NCBI GenBank assembly: GCA_041690395.1
Contig: JAWLHJ010000002.1
Location: 64,001 to 128,000 of the forward strand
DNA from: Longimicrobiales bacterium
GTDB taxonomy: Bacteria; Gemmatimonadota; Gemmatimonadetes; Longimicrobiales; Gaopeijiaceae
Direction of reading: 5' to 3'
DNA: 64,000 nucleotides
The position numbers were made by a program, and so were the translations under genes. Within the stretch, counting starts at the first letter, position 1; the number at the start of each line of letters is the position of its first letter. The notes beneath the pieces were generated by a model that was not told the DNA's origin, did not search any database, and saw nothing but the letters and a program-made list of their open reading frames with translations. Shown one piece after another: positions 30,715 to 40,265 of the stretch.

Positions 30715-32367
30715 ATGTCGATTCGATGGGACGCCCTTCTGGTGAGAGAGACGGCACGGGAGCTCGAGCGCGAGCTTTCGGGTGCCGAGCTGCGCGCCTT
30801 CAGGCTGGACGGCGCCGAGCGGGACCTCTTCCTGCTCTTCCGCGACCGGACGCTGATCTGGCGCCTGCATCCGAGTCGTGGGCATCTCGTCGTTCGCGAC
30901 CCGACGCCCCCGGGCCCCAACGACCTCAAGCATGCCGCCCGCGTCCGCCGGGTGGTCTCACCGCCCGACGAGCGGCTGATCCGCATCGAGCTCCTGCCCA
31001 AGCGGAGCGGCCCGCCCAGGGACCTGATCGTGGAGCTGCTCGGCAACCAGTGGAACGCCATCGTCGTCGAGGCCGCCTCCCGAACGGTGCGGCACGTTCT
31101 CTGGTCGCGGGATACCGGACGGGGACACCGGGTGGGCGCGACCTGGGAGCCACCCGACGCCCAGCCCCGTGCCGGCGTCGACGGGGAGCTCGGGCGCGAC
31201 GCATGGCTCGCGCTCCTGGAGACCCACGCGCCGGCGGCCAGGGCCCGGGCGCTCGTGCGGAGCGTAGCCTGGACGTCACCCTTGAACGCGCCCGCGCTGC
31301 TGGGCCGGGACCTGGAGGACCTCCCGGAACGCGAATGCCTCGTACGGGGGCACGAGCGATGGCTCGCCTGGGTGCGGGACGACACGTCCGACGGGCCCGT
31401 CCTGCTCCACACCGATGGCGGGCAGCCGTATCCGGTTCCGGTGCCCGGGATCACGAGCCACCGCGTCGCCACGCTGCTGGACGGCTTCGAGGCCGCCGCC
31501 ACGGACAGGGATCGCGGTGGGGCCGAGGCGCCCTCCCTGGTCGATCCGGAGCTCGTGCGCCGCCTAGAGCACGCGTCCGAGCGCGCGAGCCGACGGGTCG
31601 CGCAGTTGACGCGCGAGCTCGACGGCCTGGGCGACGAGGGCGCTCTCCGGGCGACCGGCGATCTGATCCTGGCACGCTACGGCGACGTCGCCCGCGGCAA
31701 GGAGGAGGCCGTCCTCGTCGACTTCGAGGGAGCCGAGGTTCGTGTGGAGCTCGACCCGGAGCTGGAGCCACACGAGAACGCAGCACGCTACTACGATCGC
31801 GCGACGCGAGTCGAGCGGGCTCACGAGCGGCTTCCGGCGCTCATCGAGAAGGCGGCACGGGAGGCGGACGCGCTCGACGACCTCCTCGGGCGTGCCCGGA
31901 CCGGGGAGGCGACACCCGAAGAGTTGGTGGCGGCCGTACCGTCCTCACCGGGGCCGCCCTCGGGCGGCGGCGAAGAACAGTCCACCCTGCCCTACCGGAC
32001 CTTCACGAGCTCGGGTGGGCTCGAGATCCGGGTCGGGCGCGGGGCGCGCCACAACGACGACCTCACCTTCCGCCACTCGTCTCCCGGCGACGTGTGGCTC
32101 CACGCGCGCCACACGGCGGGGGCGCACGTCATCCTGCGTTGGAACGGGCCGGGGAATCCCCCGTCACGCGACCTGGCGGAGGCGGCCACGCTCGCGGCGC
32201 TCCACTCGAAGGCCCGGACGTCGGGAAGCGTGCCCGTGGACTGGACCTTCCGGAAGTACGTGCGCAAGCCACGCGGCGCGGCGCGGGGCGCGGTCGTACC
32301 CGACCGCGTGAGCACACTCTTCGTGCGTCCGGATCCCGCGGTCGAGCGGGCCCTCGCGCCCGATTGA
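30715..32367 (+). CDS. NFACT/RqcH (FbpA-like) ribosome quality-control protein
   Basis: ELLGNQWN, coiled-coil with ENAARYY, NFACT-R domain (VGRGARHND, WLHAR, GAHV, AALHSKA, YVRKP). Confidence 0.85.
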   Translation: MSIRWDALLVRETARELERELSGAELRAFRLDGAERDLFLLFRDRTLIWRLHPSRGHLVVRDPTPPGPNDLKHAARVRRVVSPPDERLIRIELLPKRSGPPRDLIVELLGNQWNAIVVEAASRTVRHVLWSRDTGRGHRVGATWEPPDAQPRAGVDGELGRDAWLALLETHAPAARARALVRSVAWTSPLNAPALLGRDLEDLPERECLVRGHERWLAWVRDDTSDGPVLLHTDGGQPYPVPVPGITSHRVATLLDGFEAAATDRDRGGAEAPSLVDPELVRRLEHASERASRRVAQLTRELDGLGDEGALRATGDLILARYGDVARGKEEAVLVDFEGAEVRVELDPELEPHENAARYYDRATRVERAHERLPALIEKAAREADALDDLLGRARTGEATPEELVAAVPSSPGPPSGGGEEQSTLPYRTFTSSGGLEIRVGRGARHNDDLTFRHSSPGDVWLHARHTAGAHVILRWNGPGNPPSRDLAEAATLAALHSKARTSGSVPVDWTFRKYVRKPRGAARGAVVPDRVSTLFVRPDPAVERALAPD

Positions 32368-32413
32368 ACACCGCCCGGGACGGGACGCCGTGAACCTCTG
32401 AGGGAGTGGACCA

Positions 32414-32896
32414 ATGGAATGGATGGAGATGTTCTTTCAGGGGTGGGAGGGGATCGTACGCACCGTCGTGGTCGGCTTCCTGGCGTACCTGGGCCTCGTG
32501 TCGTTCCTCCTCATCTCGGGGAAGCGGACGTTGGCCAAGCTCAATGCCTTCGATCTGGTGGTCACGGTGGCCCTCGGGTCCATCCTCGCCTCGATCCTGA
32601 TCCAGCGGAGCTTGCCGCTCGCCGAGGGAATGACCGCGCTGGCCCTTCTCATCGGGCTTCAGTACCTGGTCACGGCCACCTCGGTCCGGTGGGAGAGCTT
32701 CGCGCGAGGTGTGCGTGCGTCCCCGGCGCTTCTGGTCCGCAAGGGGGAGTACTGCCGGGATACGATGCGCCGGGAGAGGGTCACCGAGGGGGAGGTTCTG
32801 AGCGCCGTCCGGGCAAGCGGCGTGTCCGGCGTCGAGAACGCCGCCGCGGTGTTCCTGGAGAGTGATGGGACGATGAGTGTCATCCAGGACGGATGA
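32414..32896 (+). CDS. DUF421/YetF-like membrane protein
   Basis: GKRTLAKLNAFDLVVTVALGS, three TM helices, LESDGTMSVI. Confidence 0.85.
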   Translation: MEWMEMFFQGWEGIVRTVVVGFLAYLGLVSFLLISGKRTLAKLNAFDLVVTVALGSILASILIQRSLPLAEGMTALALLIGLQYLVTATSVRWESFARGVRASPALLVRKGEYCRDTMRRERVTEGEVLSAVRASGVSGVENAAAVFLESDGTMSVIQDG

Positions 32897-32902
32897 CGGG
32901 TT

Positions 32903-33679
32903 CTAGCGATCCATCCCCGAACGCAGCGACGCCAGGAACGTACGAGCGCCCTCGATCCCGCCCTCGTCGAGCGCCTGGATCAGGGCGCTCCCCACGACCA
33001 CCCCGTCCGCCACACCGGCCACGGCCGCTGCCTGCTCGGGCGTCGAGATACCGAACCCGACGGCCACGGGAAGGCTCAGCGCACCCTTGAGTCGGGCCAC
33101 CTCCTCGCCGAGCGCCTCACGCAGATCCGACTTCGCCCCGGTCACGCCGGTGCGTGAGATGTAGTAGACGAAGCCCGAGCCTCCCTCGACGGCATCGGCC
33201 AAACGCGCGGGATCCGTCGTGGGCGCCACCAGGCGGATCAGGTCGAGCGGGCTCTCGACGAGCTTCCGCTCGACCTCCGAATCCGAACCGGCCGGCAGGT
33301 CGGTCACGAGCACGCCGTTGGCTCCGGCGGCCACGGCATCCTTCACGAACGCGTCGACCCCGTAGCGGAGGATCGGGTTCAGGTACGTGAAGAGCACGAC
33401 CGGCGTATCGTGGCGAGCGCGGAACGCGGCCAGGTCGGCCAGCACACGCTTGACCGTGGTCCCGTTCTTCAGGGACTCGAACGAGGCGCGCTGGATGGTC
33501 GGACCATCGGCGAGCGGGTCGGAGAACGGGATGCCGACCTCGAGCACGTCGGCCCCGGCGTCCACGAGCGCCTCGAGCACGGGAATCGTCGAATCGAGCT
33601 CGGGATAGCCGGCGGTGACGTAGGGAACGAGCGTGCACCGCTCTTCGGAGCGGCGCGCCGCGAATGTGGAGGATATCAC
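32903..33679 (-). CDS. trpA: Tryptophan synthase alpha chain
   Basis: YVTAGYP, EVGIPFSDPLADGPTIQ, YLNP, VAPTT, GVTG, GFGIS, VVGSA; GTG start overlaps the HD-GYP stop. Confidence 0.96.
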   Translation of the reverse strand: MISSTFAARRSEERCTLVPYVTAGYPELDSTIPVLEALVDAGADVLEVGIPFSDPLADGPTIQRASFESLKNGTTVKRVLADLAAFRARHDTPVVLFTYLNPILRYGVDAFVKDAVAAGANGVLVTDLPAGSDSEVERKLVESPLDLIRLVAPTTDPARLADAVEGGSGFVYYISRTGVTGAKSDLREALGEEVARLKGALSLPVAVGFGISTPEQAAAVAGVADGVVVGSALIQALDEGGIEGARTFLASLRSGMDR

Positions 33680-35106
33680 GCGAGGAGGTAGTCGCTGACC
33701 CGGATGCCGTACTTCTGGGGGTCGGTGGTCTTGATGATCTGACGCACGGGAGCACCCGTGACGGGATCGTCGTCGGAGAGGTCGAGCGTGACGGGCTCGG
33801 AGAGTGGGAGGCCGACCGGGTCGGAGATGACTCGGACCTTGGGCCGGTGGAGGAGCTCCAGGTCGGGATTCACCTGCGACACGACAGCTAGCTCGTGGGT
33901 GTCCAGGATGACGAGCGTCCCCACGGGGTACACGCCGGTCGCGGTGATGAGGACCTTGACCAGCAGGGTGTCGAAGCCGCGCTTCGGGTTGTCGCGCATC
34001 TCCTGGAGCACGGCGTCCGGGGGCCACGGCTCGTACTGGTAGCTCCGCACGGACGTGCCCGCGTCGAACGCGTCGGCCACCGAGACGATCCTCGAGAAGA
34101 TCGTGGGCTCGCGGGGCCGACGGCTCTCGGGGTAGCCGCTGAGATCGGTCTTCATGTGATGCTCGTACGCCATGAGCATCTGACGGTAGGGAACGTCCGC
34201 GAAGCCCTGCATCTGGAAGAGGATCAGGAGCCCTTCCGTGGGGTGCTCCATGAGCTCCCGCCACTCCTCCTCCGTCAGGCCGGTCGGCTTGTTGATGATG
34301 TCGACGTCGATACGCTGCTTGCCGACGTCGTGGAAGAGGGCGCCGAGACCGAGCTCATAGAGCTGGAGTCGGTCCAACCCGATCCGCTGACCGATGATGA
34401 CGCTGAAGATGCAGACGTTCACGGAGTGCGTGAACGTGTACTCGTCGAAGTCCCGGAGCGTCGTCATGGTGACCATGGACGACTCGTTGGAGAGGACCTG
34501 GTCGACAATCCCCTGCACCGCGCGCTTGACCTTGCGCACGTTCACGGCCTTGCCGAGCCGCATGTCTCCGAGCGCGTCCTTCGCGACCTTGACCGACTGG
34601 GCGTAGGTCCGCTTGGCGGCCGTGAGCGACTCGGCGTCGTCCTTTGGCTCCTCGACCTCCGAGAGCGGCCGGAGCTCGATATGCTCGACCGGCGTCGTGG
34701 CGAAGCGATCGCGGAACGTCTCGAACGGTTGGTCGCCCCCCGGTCCCCGGAGGAGCATCGAGATGAACGGCGCCCACTCCGACCGCTCGATCCCGGGCAG
34801 GATCTCCACCGCGCCGATCCCGTGATCGTGGAGCGCCCTCGCGAACGAGCCGAACGTGGAGAAGTTCGACAGGTCGAGGCGGAGCCGTGTCTCGTTCAGG
34901 AAGAAGAAGTCGCCGACCACGCGGACCTCGGCGCCTCCCTCGGCCTCGACGATCCGTTCCACGAGACCGTGGAGATCGGAGATCGCATGCTGGACGGTCT
35001 CGTTCTCCACGGGATAGAGGCGCAGAGCGTTGAGGGCTCCGTATAGCAGGGCGAGGAGCCTCCGTCCCTCTTCCTGGAGATTCAGCCCGCTTTCGTGAGC
35101 CATCAC
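33676..35106 (-). CDS. HD-GYP cyclic-dinucleotide phosphodiesterase-like protein with uncharacterised N-terminal domain
   Basis: DEYTFTHSVNV, FHDVGK, HPTEG, HHMKTDLSGYP, RIVSVADAFDA, GVYPVGTLV. Confidence 0.85.
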   Translation of the reverse strand: MMAHESGLNLQEEGRRLLALLYGALNALRLYPVENETVQHAISDLHGLVERIVEAEGGAEVRVVGDFFFLNETRLRLDLSNFSTFGSFARALHDHGIGAVEILPGIERSEWAPFISMLLRGPGGDQPFETFRDRFATTPVEHIELRPLSEVEEPKDDAESLTAAKRTYAQSVKVAKDALGDMRLGKAVNVRKVKRAVQGIVDQVLSNESSMVTMTTLRDFDEYTFTHSVNVCIFSVIIGQRIGLDRLQLYELGLGALFHDVGKQRIDVDIINKPTGLTEEEWRELMEHPTEGLLILFQMQGFADVPYRQMLMAYEHHMKTDLSGYPESRRPREPTIFSRIVSVADAFDAGTSVRSYQYEPWPPDAVLQEMRDNPKRGFDTLLVKVLITATGVYPVGTLVILDTHELAVVSQVNPDLELLHRPKVRVISDPVGLPLSEPVTLDLSDDDPVTGAPVRQIIKTTDPQKYGIRVSDYLLA

Positions 35107-36845
35107 TCTTCCCTCCGGAAGGCCCGGTTGGCGTTGCTCCGAACCACCGGATCGTCGTCGTCGAGCGCCTTGCGGAGGGCCTCCTTCGCGGCGGGCGTGC
35201 TCATGCGGCCGAGGCCGAGCGCCGCGGCGGCACGCACCTCGGTCGGCTCGCGCTTTCCGAACAAGCTCTTCCCGTTCAGGAGGCCGTCGAGGCGCCGGAC
35301 GCCGTCCTCTCCGGCAACGGCTCCGTAGGCCTCGAAGACCGCGACCTTCTCACCGATGTCCGCGCTGCGGATACCCTTTCCCCCCACGATGTCCGCCAGG
35401 ACCCTCGCCGCTGGGCGGTACTTCAGCGTGCCGAGGGCCCGAGCGGCGGCGACACGCACATCACGATCCGGGTCGTCGAGGGTGTGCTCGAGTGCTCCGG
35501 CGACCGTCGAAGCCTTCAGGCTGATGGCCGCCTCGACCGCCGCCAGCCGCACCTCGGCCGTGGGGTGGGCCAGGAGGCCAGCAAGCGCCGGTGCGGCTTC
35601 GGTGATCTGCATGTCGCCGACGAGCCGCGCCGTACCCGCCGCGACCACCGGATCCTCCTCCTCGAGCAGCGTCAGGACAGCGGCCCGGTTCTTCCTGGCG
35701 ATGCCCTGGACGGCGGCACGCAACACCGAGCGAAGCTCCTTGTGCTCGACCGTCTCCGAAGCGTGCAGCAGAGCCGGGAGCGCGGCCCCCCTCAGATAGG
35801 TGAGGAAGCCGGCGAGTTGGGTGGGCGTCGCCCTGATGGTGCCGTCGTAGAGCGCCTTGATGAGCTCGTCGAGCGTGTCGCGGGCGCTCACGGCATCGAG
35901 CATGGCGCCCACCTGCGCATGTCCTCGCTCGTCGAGCACCCCGTCCTGGCGCTCGAGGGTCCGTAGCTCCTCGAGAACCCGGGTCGCGGGCACGATGGCT
36001 CCACGACTCAGGAAGTTCGGGAGGAGCGTGCTCAGGATCTGCAGGATCTCGATCTGCCGACTCCGGTCATGGCGCTCTTCCAGACGATCGAAGAGCGCCG
36101 ACAGGACGTCGCTGCGGGTGTCGCGGGCGAGCTCCTTCTTCACCTCGGCCCGGAGCTTCTCCATCTCGCGCGGGTCGAGCGCGTAGAGCGTCGGGTTGAA
36201 GTCGTCCTGCTTGACGGTCTGCGGTGGGGGGGGCTCGTCGCCCGCCTCGCCGGACTCCGCCTCGTCCGCTTCATCCGTCTCGTCCTCGGCTTCGAGGACC
36301 GCCTGCAGCTCCGCGGTGGAGTTGCCGGCGCCGGGCTCGGGAAGGGCGACGCCCTCCGCCATGAGATCGACGTACTGGTACTCGAAGAAGCGGAGGTCCG
36401 CCTCCCAGAGAACGGTCAGCAGGTCGTCGCCTTCGGGAACGAGCTTGCGGGCACGCTGGAGCACGCCCAGGAATCGCTCGAGCTCATCGCCTTCGACCCC
36501 GGAGAGAAAGGTGATCTCCCGGACCCCGTCCTTGAAGAAGAGGAAGGCGAGGGAGTCCGCGCGTGACTCCGAGCGGTAGACCTCCCGGCCGTCCAGGTAG
36601 AAGTGGTCCTCGTCTACAGTGACCACGATCCGATCCAACTCGGTCCACAGCTGCTGGAACTCCGTGCGGAGCCCTTCCAGGAAGCGACGACGAACCGGGT
36701 TGTTGTCGTCGTAGAGCTGATAGGCCCGGAACGCCTTCGCGAGCGTGACGAAGAGCTGGCGGACCTCGTCGACGGGAAGGGCGTCGTCCCAGAGGATGTC
36801 ACCCCCCTCCATGGAGTCGCCGGACGACCGCTCGAACTCGTTCAC
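35103..36845 (-). CDS. HEAT-repeat protein with uncharacterised N-terminal domain
   Basis: C-terminal HEAT/PBS-lyase repeats (EVRLAAVEAA, DPDRDVRVAAARALG, EVRAAAALGLG, DDDPVVRSNA); acidic linker. Confidence 0.82.
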   Translation of the reverse strand: MNEFERSSGDSMEGGDILWDDALPVDEVRQLFVTLAKAFRAYQLYDDNNPVRRRFLEGLRTEFQQLWTELDRIVVTVDEDHFYLDGREVYRSESRADSLAFLFFKDGVREITFLSGVEGDELERFLGVLQRARKLVPEGDDLLTVLWEADLRFFEYQYVDLMAEGVALPEPGAGNSTAELQAVLEAEDETDEADEAESGEAGDEPPPPQTVKQDDFNPTLYALDPREMEKLRAEVKKELARDTRSDVLSALFDRLEERHDRSRQIEILQILSTLLPNFLSRGAIVPATRVLEELRTLERQDGVLDERGHAQVGAMLDAVSARDTLDELIKALYDGTIRATPTQLAGFLTYLRGAALPALLHASETVEHKELRSVLRAAVQGIARKNRAAVLTLLEEEDPVVAAGTARLVGDMQITEAAPALAGLLAHPTAEVRLAAVEAAISLKASTVAGALEHTLDDPDRDVRVAAARALGTLKYRPAARVLADIVGGKGIRSADIGEKVAVFEAYGAVAGEDGVRRLDGLLNGKSLFGKREPTEVRAAAALGLGRMSTPAAKEALRKALDDDDPVVRSNANRAFRREE

Positions 36846-36854
36846 GGGGCCGCG

Positions 36855-38030
36855 CTACAGGAGGGAGCCGCGGCCTTCGACCCGGGCCACGTGGGCGACG
36901 TCCTTGTCGCCCCGACCCGAGAGGGAAACGAGGATCGGACCCTCGTAGGAGCTTCCGTCACGCAATACGTGGGCGATCGCGTGGGCCGACTCGAGTGCGG
37001 GAATGATACCCTCGAGCTCGGAGAGCCGATGGAAAGCTGACAATGCCTGATCGTCGGTGACACTCGTGTAGGTCGCCCGTCCGGAATCCCTGAGAAACGA
37101 ATGCTCGGGTCCCACGCCTGGATAGTCCAGTCCCGCCGACACGGAGTGTGCCGGCGCCACCTGGCCGTCCGCGTCCTGGAGAAGATAGCTGAGTGAGCCG
37201 TGGAGAACACCCGGTACGCCCGCTGCGAGCGACGCGGAGTGCCGGCCGGTCTCGATGCCCTCTCCCGCCGCCTCGATTCCGACCAGCTCGACGCCGTCGT
37301 CGGGCACGAACGCATGGAAGATGCCCATCGCGTTGGACCCGCCGCCGACGCACGCCACGACCGCCTCGGGAAGCCGGCCGCACCGCTCCAGCATCTGGGC
37401 GCGAGCCTCCTGTCCGATGACGGCCTGGAAGTCCCGGACCATCCGGGGGAACGGGTCGGGCCCGACCACCGAGCCGATGATGTAATGCGTGTCCTCGACG
37501 TTCGTGACCCAGTCCCGGATCGCCTCGTTGGTGGCGTCCTTGAGCGTGCGGGTTCCCGAGCCGACCGGACGGACCTCCGCGCCCAGCAGCTCCATCCGGT
37601 AGACGTTGAGCGCCTGCCGCTCGACGTCTTCCTCGCCCATGTAGACCACACAGTCCATGTCGAAGAGCGCGCACGCCGTCGCGGTCGCGACGCCGTGCTG
37701 GCCCGCGCCCGTCTCGGCGATGATCCTACGCTTCCCCATCCGCCGCGCGAGCAGCGCCTGCCCCACGGTGTTGTTGATCTTGTGGGCGCCGGTGTGGTTC
37801 AGGTCCTCGCGCTTGAGGTAGACCTGATCGTGCCCGGCCGCCTCGCCCAGCCTGCGTGCGTGATAGAGCGGCGTGGGTCGCCCCACGAAGTCCCGCAGGA
37901 GGTCGTCGAGCTCCGCGCCGAAGGCCGGGTCGAGGCGCGCCTGCTCGTACGCCTCGGTCACCTCGTCGAGCGCCTTCGTCAGCGTCTCCGGAACGTATCG
38001 TCCACCGAATGCCCCGAATCGGGCCGTCAT
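36855..38030 (-). CDS. trpB: Tryptophan synthase beta chain
   Basis: [52 protein letters not shown]. Confidence 0.97.
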   Translation of the reverse strand: MTARFGAFGGRYVPETLTKALDEVTEAYEQARLDPAFGAELDDLLRDFVGRPTPLYHARRLGEAAGHDQVYLKREDLNHTGAHKINNTVGQALLARRMGKRRIIAETGAGQHGVATATACALFDMDCVVYMGEEDVERQALNVYRMELLGAEVRPVGSGTRTLKDATNEAIRDWVTNVEDTHYIIGSVVGPDPFPRMVRDFQAVIGQEARAQMLERCGRLPEAVVACVGGGSNAMGIFHAFVPDDGVELVGIEAAGEGIETGRHSASLAAGVPGVLHGSLSYLLQDADGQVAPAHSVSAGLDYPGVGPEHSFLRDSGRATYTSVTDDQALSAFHRLSELEGIIPALESAHAIAHVLRDGSSYEGPILVSLSGRGDKDVAHVARVEGRGSLL

Positions 38031-38082
38031 ATCTGTTTCCAGGATCGAGTCTCGTATGCCTTGCCGCCCGTGCCCCACGCGC

Positions 38083-38742
38083 TCACGGGCCCCCTCTCGC
38101 GGCGGCCACGAACCGCCGCATCCGCTCCGGGTCCTTCCTTCCGGGCGTCGTCTCCACGCCCGAAGAGACGTCGACGACGTCCGGGCCGAACGCCGCGACC
38201 GCCTCGGCGACGTTGTCGGGCGTGAGCCCGCCCGCGAGCACGAGCGCCGGACCGTCGGCCATCTCACGCCGTACATCCTCGGGACGGAGCTCCAGGCGTG
38301 CGCCCCCACCACCGGTCACCCCGGGCTTCCAACCTTCGAGGAGGAGCCCGTCGACGAGCGGGCCGTAATCTAGCACGGCTCGCGCCACGTCCTCGAGCGA
38401 CCTTGCGCGCACGGCCTTCCATACACGCCAATCTCCCGCATTCCGCAACGCCCCGACCGCTTCGGGCGACTCCGATCCGTGGAGCTGGATCACGGCGGCT
38501 TCGATGGAACGAGCCAGACGGGCCGCCCGGTCCACCGGCTCGTCGACCAGGACGGCCACCCGCTCGAGGCTCGTTCCGCGTATCACGTCCCGGACGCTCT
38601 CCTCGGGGACCGAGCGGCCGAAGCCGCGGCTGAGGATGAAGCCCAGGAGGTCCGCGCCGAGCCGTTCGGCGAGGCGTGCGTCGTCGTTGTGGGTGAGCCC
38701 GCAGATCTTGACCCTGAGCGGGGTCGGGGCATCAGGGGGCAA
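38083..38742 (-). CDS. trpF: Phosphoribosylanthranilate isomerase
   Basis: [38 protein letters not shown] start assumed, overlapping trpC. Confidence 0.92.
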   Translation of the reverse strand: MPPDAPTPLRVKICGLTHNDDARLAERLGADLLGFILSRGFGRSVPEESVRDVIRGTSLERVAVLVDEPVDRAARLARSIEAAVIQLHGSESPEAVGALRNAGDWRVWKAVRARSLEDVARAVLDYGPLVDGLLLEGWKPGVTGGGGARLELRPEDVRREMADGPALVLAGGLTPDNVAEAVAAFGPDVVDVSSGVETTPGRKDPERMRRFVAAARGGP

Positions 38743-39559
38743 CGCGCGAGCTCCTCGGGACCGTCGCGAGGCTCCTCGCCGCGTCCTCCGGATCATCGGA
38801 CCGCAGCAGCGTCTCACCCACCAGCACCGCGTCGATCCCGTGCGCGCCCAGCCGCTCGACGTCCTCCGTACTCCGTATCCCGCTCTCGGAAACCAGGACG
38901 ACGTCGTCCGGCACGTCGGCCAGGAGCCGGAGCGTCGTCTCGAGGTCGGTCGTGAAGGTCGACAGGTCTCGATTGTTGATGCCGATGAGATCCGCGCCGA
39001 CCGCCACGGCGCGCTCGAGCTCGGCCGCGTCGTGGACCTCCACCAGAACGTCGAGCCCAAGCCCCGACGCCTCCGCGTGCAGCGAGGCGAGCGCGGCGTC
39101 CGAAAGGATGCGCACGATCAGCAGCACGGCGTCGGCGCCCGACGCGCGGGCCTCGAGCAGCTGGAGCGGGTCGACGGTGAAATCCTTGCGGAGCACCGGA
39201 AGGCCGACCCGCCCGCGGACGGCGCGAAGGTCGTCGAGCGAGCCCCCGAAGTAGACACGGTCGGTCAGCACGCTGAGCGCGCGGGCGCCGGCGCGCTCGT
39301 ATCCGAGTGTGAGCTCCACGGGGTCGAGCCCCGGGCGGATGTCCCCCGCCCCGGGTGAGCGCCGCTTGCATTCCGCGATGAGGGCCACATGCTCGGCACC
39401 TGCGAGCGCCTCACGGAAGCCTCGCGGCGGCGGCTCGTCTCCGAGCGCGGCTTCCAGCTGGCGGCGCTGTGCGCCGAGCGCCTCCACCTCCTGGAGCTTC
39501 GTCCGCACGATCTTCGCGAGAACGCCCGGCAGGGTCTCGGCGTCTTGCATATCCGGCAA
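38732..39559 (-). CDS. trpC: Indole-3-glycerol phosphate synthase
   Basis: IAECKRRSP, LSVLTD, LRKDF, GINNRDL, SESGI, LVGE; start is TTG 39559 or ATG 39550. Confidence 0.95.
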   Translation of the reverse strand: MPDMQDAETLPGVLAKIVRTKLQEVEALGAQRRQLEAALGDEPPPRGFREALAGAEHVALIAECKRRSPGAGDIRPGLDPVELTLGYERAGARALSVLTDRVYFGGSLDDLRAVRGRVGLPVLRKDFTVDPLQLLEARASGADAVLLIVRILSDAALASLHAEASGLGLDVLVEVHDAAELERAVAVGADLIGINNRDLSTFTTDLETTLRLLADVPDDVVLVSESGIRSTEDVERLGAHGIDAVLVGETLLRSDDPEDAARSLATVPRSSRVAP

Positions 39560-39590
39560 CGTTCGCCTATCCTTGCTTCGGTTCTTGTTC
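39545..39590 (+). promoter_or_regulatory. Putative lexA promoter with candidate direct-repeat SOS operator
   Basis: TTGCAT(39545)-N17-TATCCT(39568-39573), followed by CTTC-N7-GTTC (39576-39590). Confidence 0.45.
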
Positions 39591-39618
39591 GGGTGTCCCG
39601 GTGCCCAGGGAGGGCTCC

Positions 39619-40227
39619 ATGCCGCTCACGAAGCGACAGAAGGAAATTCTCGACCACATCGGCGCGTTCATTGAGGAGCGCGGCTACGCGCCCAGCTTCG
39701 AAGAGATCGCGGAGCACTTCGGGTACTCGTCGTTGGCGACGGTCCACGAGCACCTGAGCAATCTGGAACGCAAGGGCTACATAAGGAAGTCCTACAACGA
39801 GAGTCGTTCCGTGGAGCTCGTGTCCCAGGAGTCGATGGCTCCCGCTATCGAGCTCCCGCTCCTCGGCGCGGTCGCCGCGGGCCTCCCCATCGAGGTCATG
39901 GAAGAGCGCGAGACGCTGGCGGTGCCACCCGACATGATCAGGCGCCGCAAGGACAATTACGTGCTGCGCGTCGAAGGGAACTCGATGATCGAGGAGCAGA
40001 TCCGCGACGGCGACTACATCGTCGTGCAGGCGCAGGAGAACGCCGAGGACGGGCAGATGGTCGTCGCGCTCGTGGGCGGCGACTCCGCCACGGTGAAGAA
40101 GCTCTACCGTGAGACGGGCAACCGCATCCGGCTGCAGCCCGCGAACCCCACCATGATGCCGATCGTGGTCGACGCGAGCGACGTGCGCATTCAGGGCGTC
40201 GTAGTCGGAGTCATCCGCAAGTACTGA
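39619..40227 (+). CDS. lexA: SOS repressor LexA
   Basis: MPLTKRQKEIL wHTH; VAAG cleavage site; GNSM (Ser) and TVKK (Lys); GGGAGG RBS. Confidence 0.96.
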   Translation: MPLTKRQKEILDHIGAFIEERGYAPSFEEIAEHFGYSSLATVHEHLSNLERKGYIRKSYNESRSVELVSQESMAPAIELPLLGAVAAGLPIEVMEERETLAVPPDMIRRRKDNYVLRVEGNSMIEEQIRDGDYIVVQAQENAEDGQMVVALVGGDSATVKKLYRETGNRIRLQPANPTMMPIVVDASDVRIQGVVVGVIRKY

Positions 40228-40265
40228 ACTGAGCGGTACCGAGTCGAACACCCGGGGGGCGTGGG

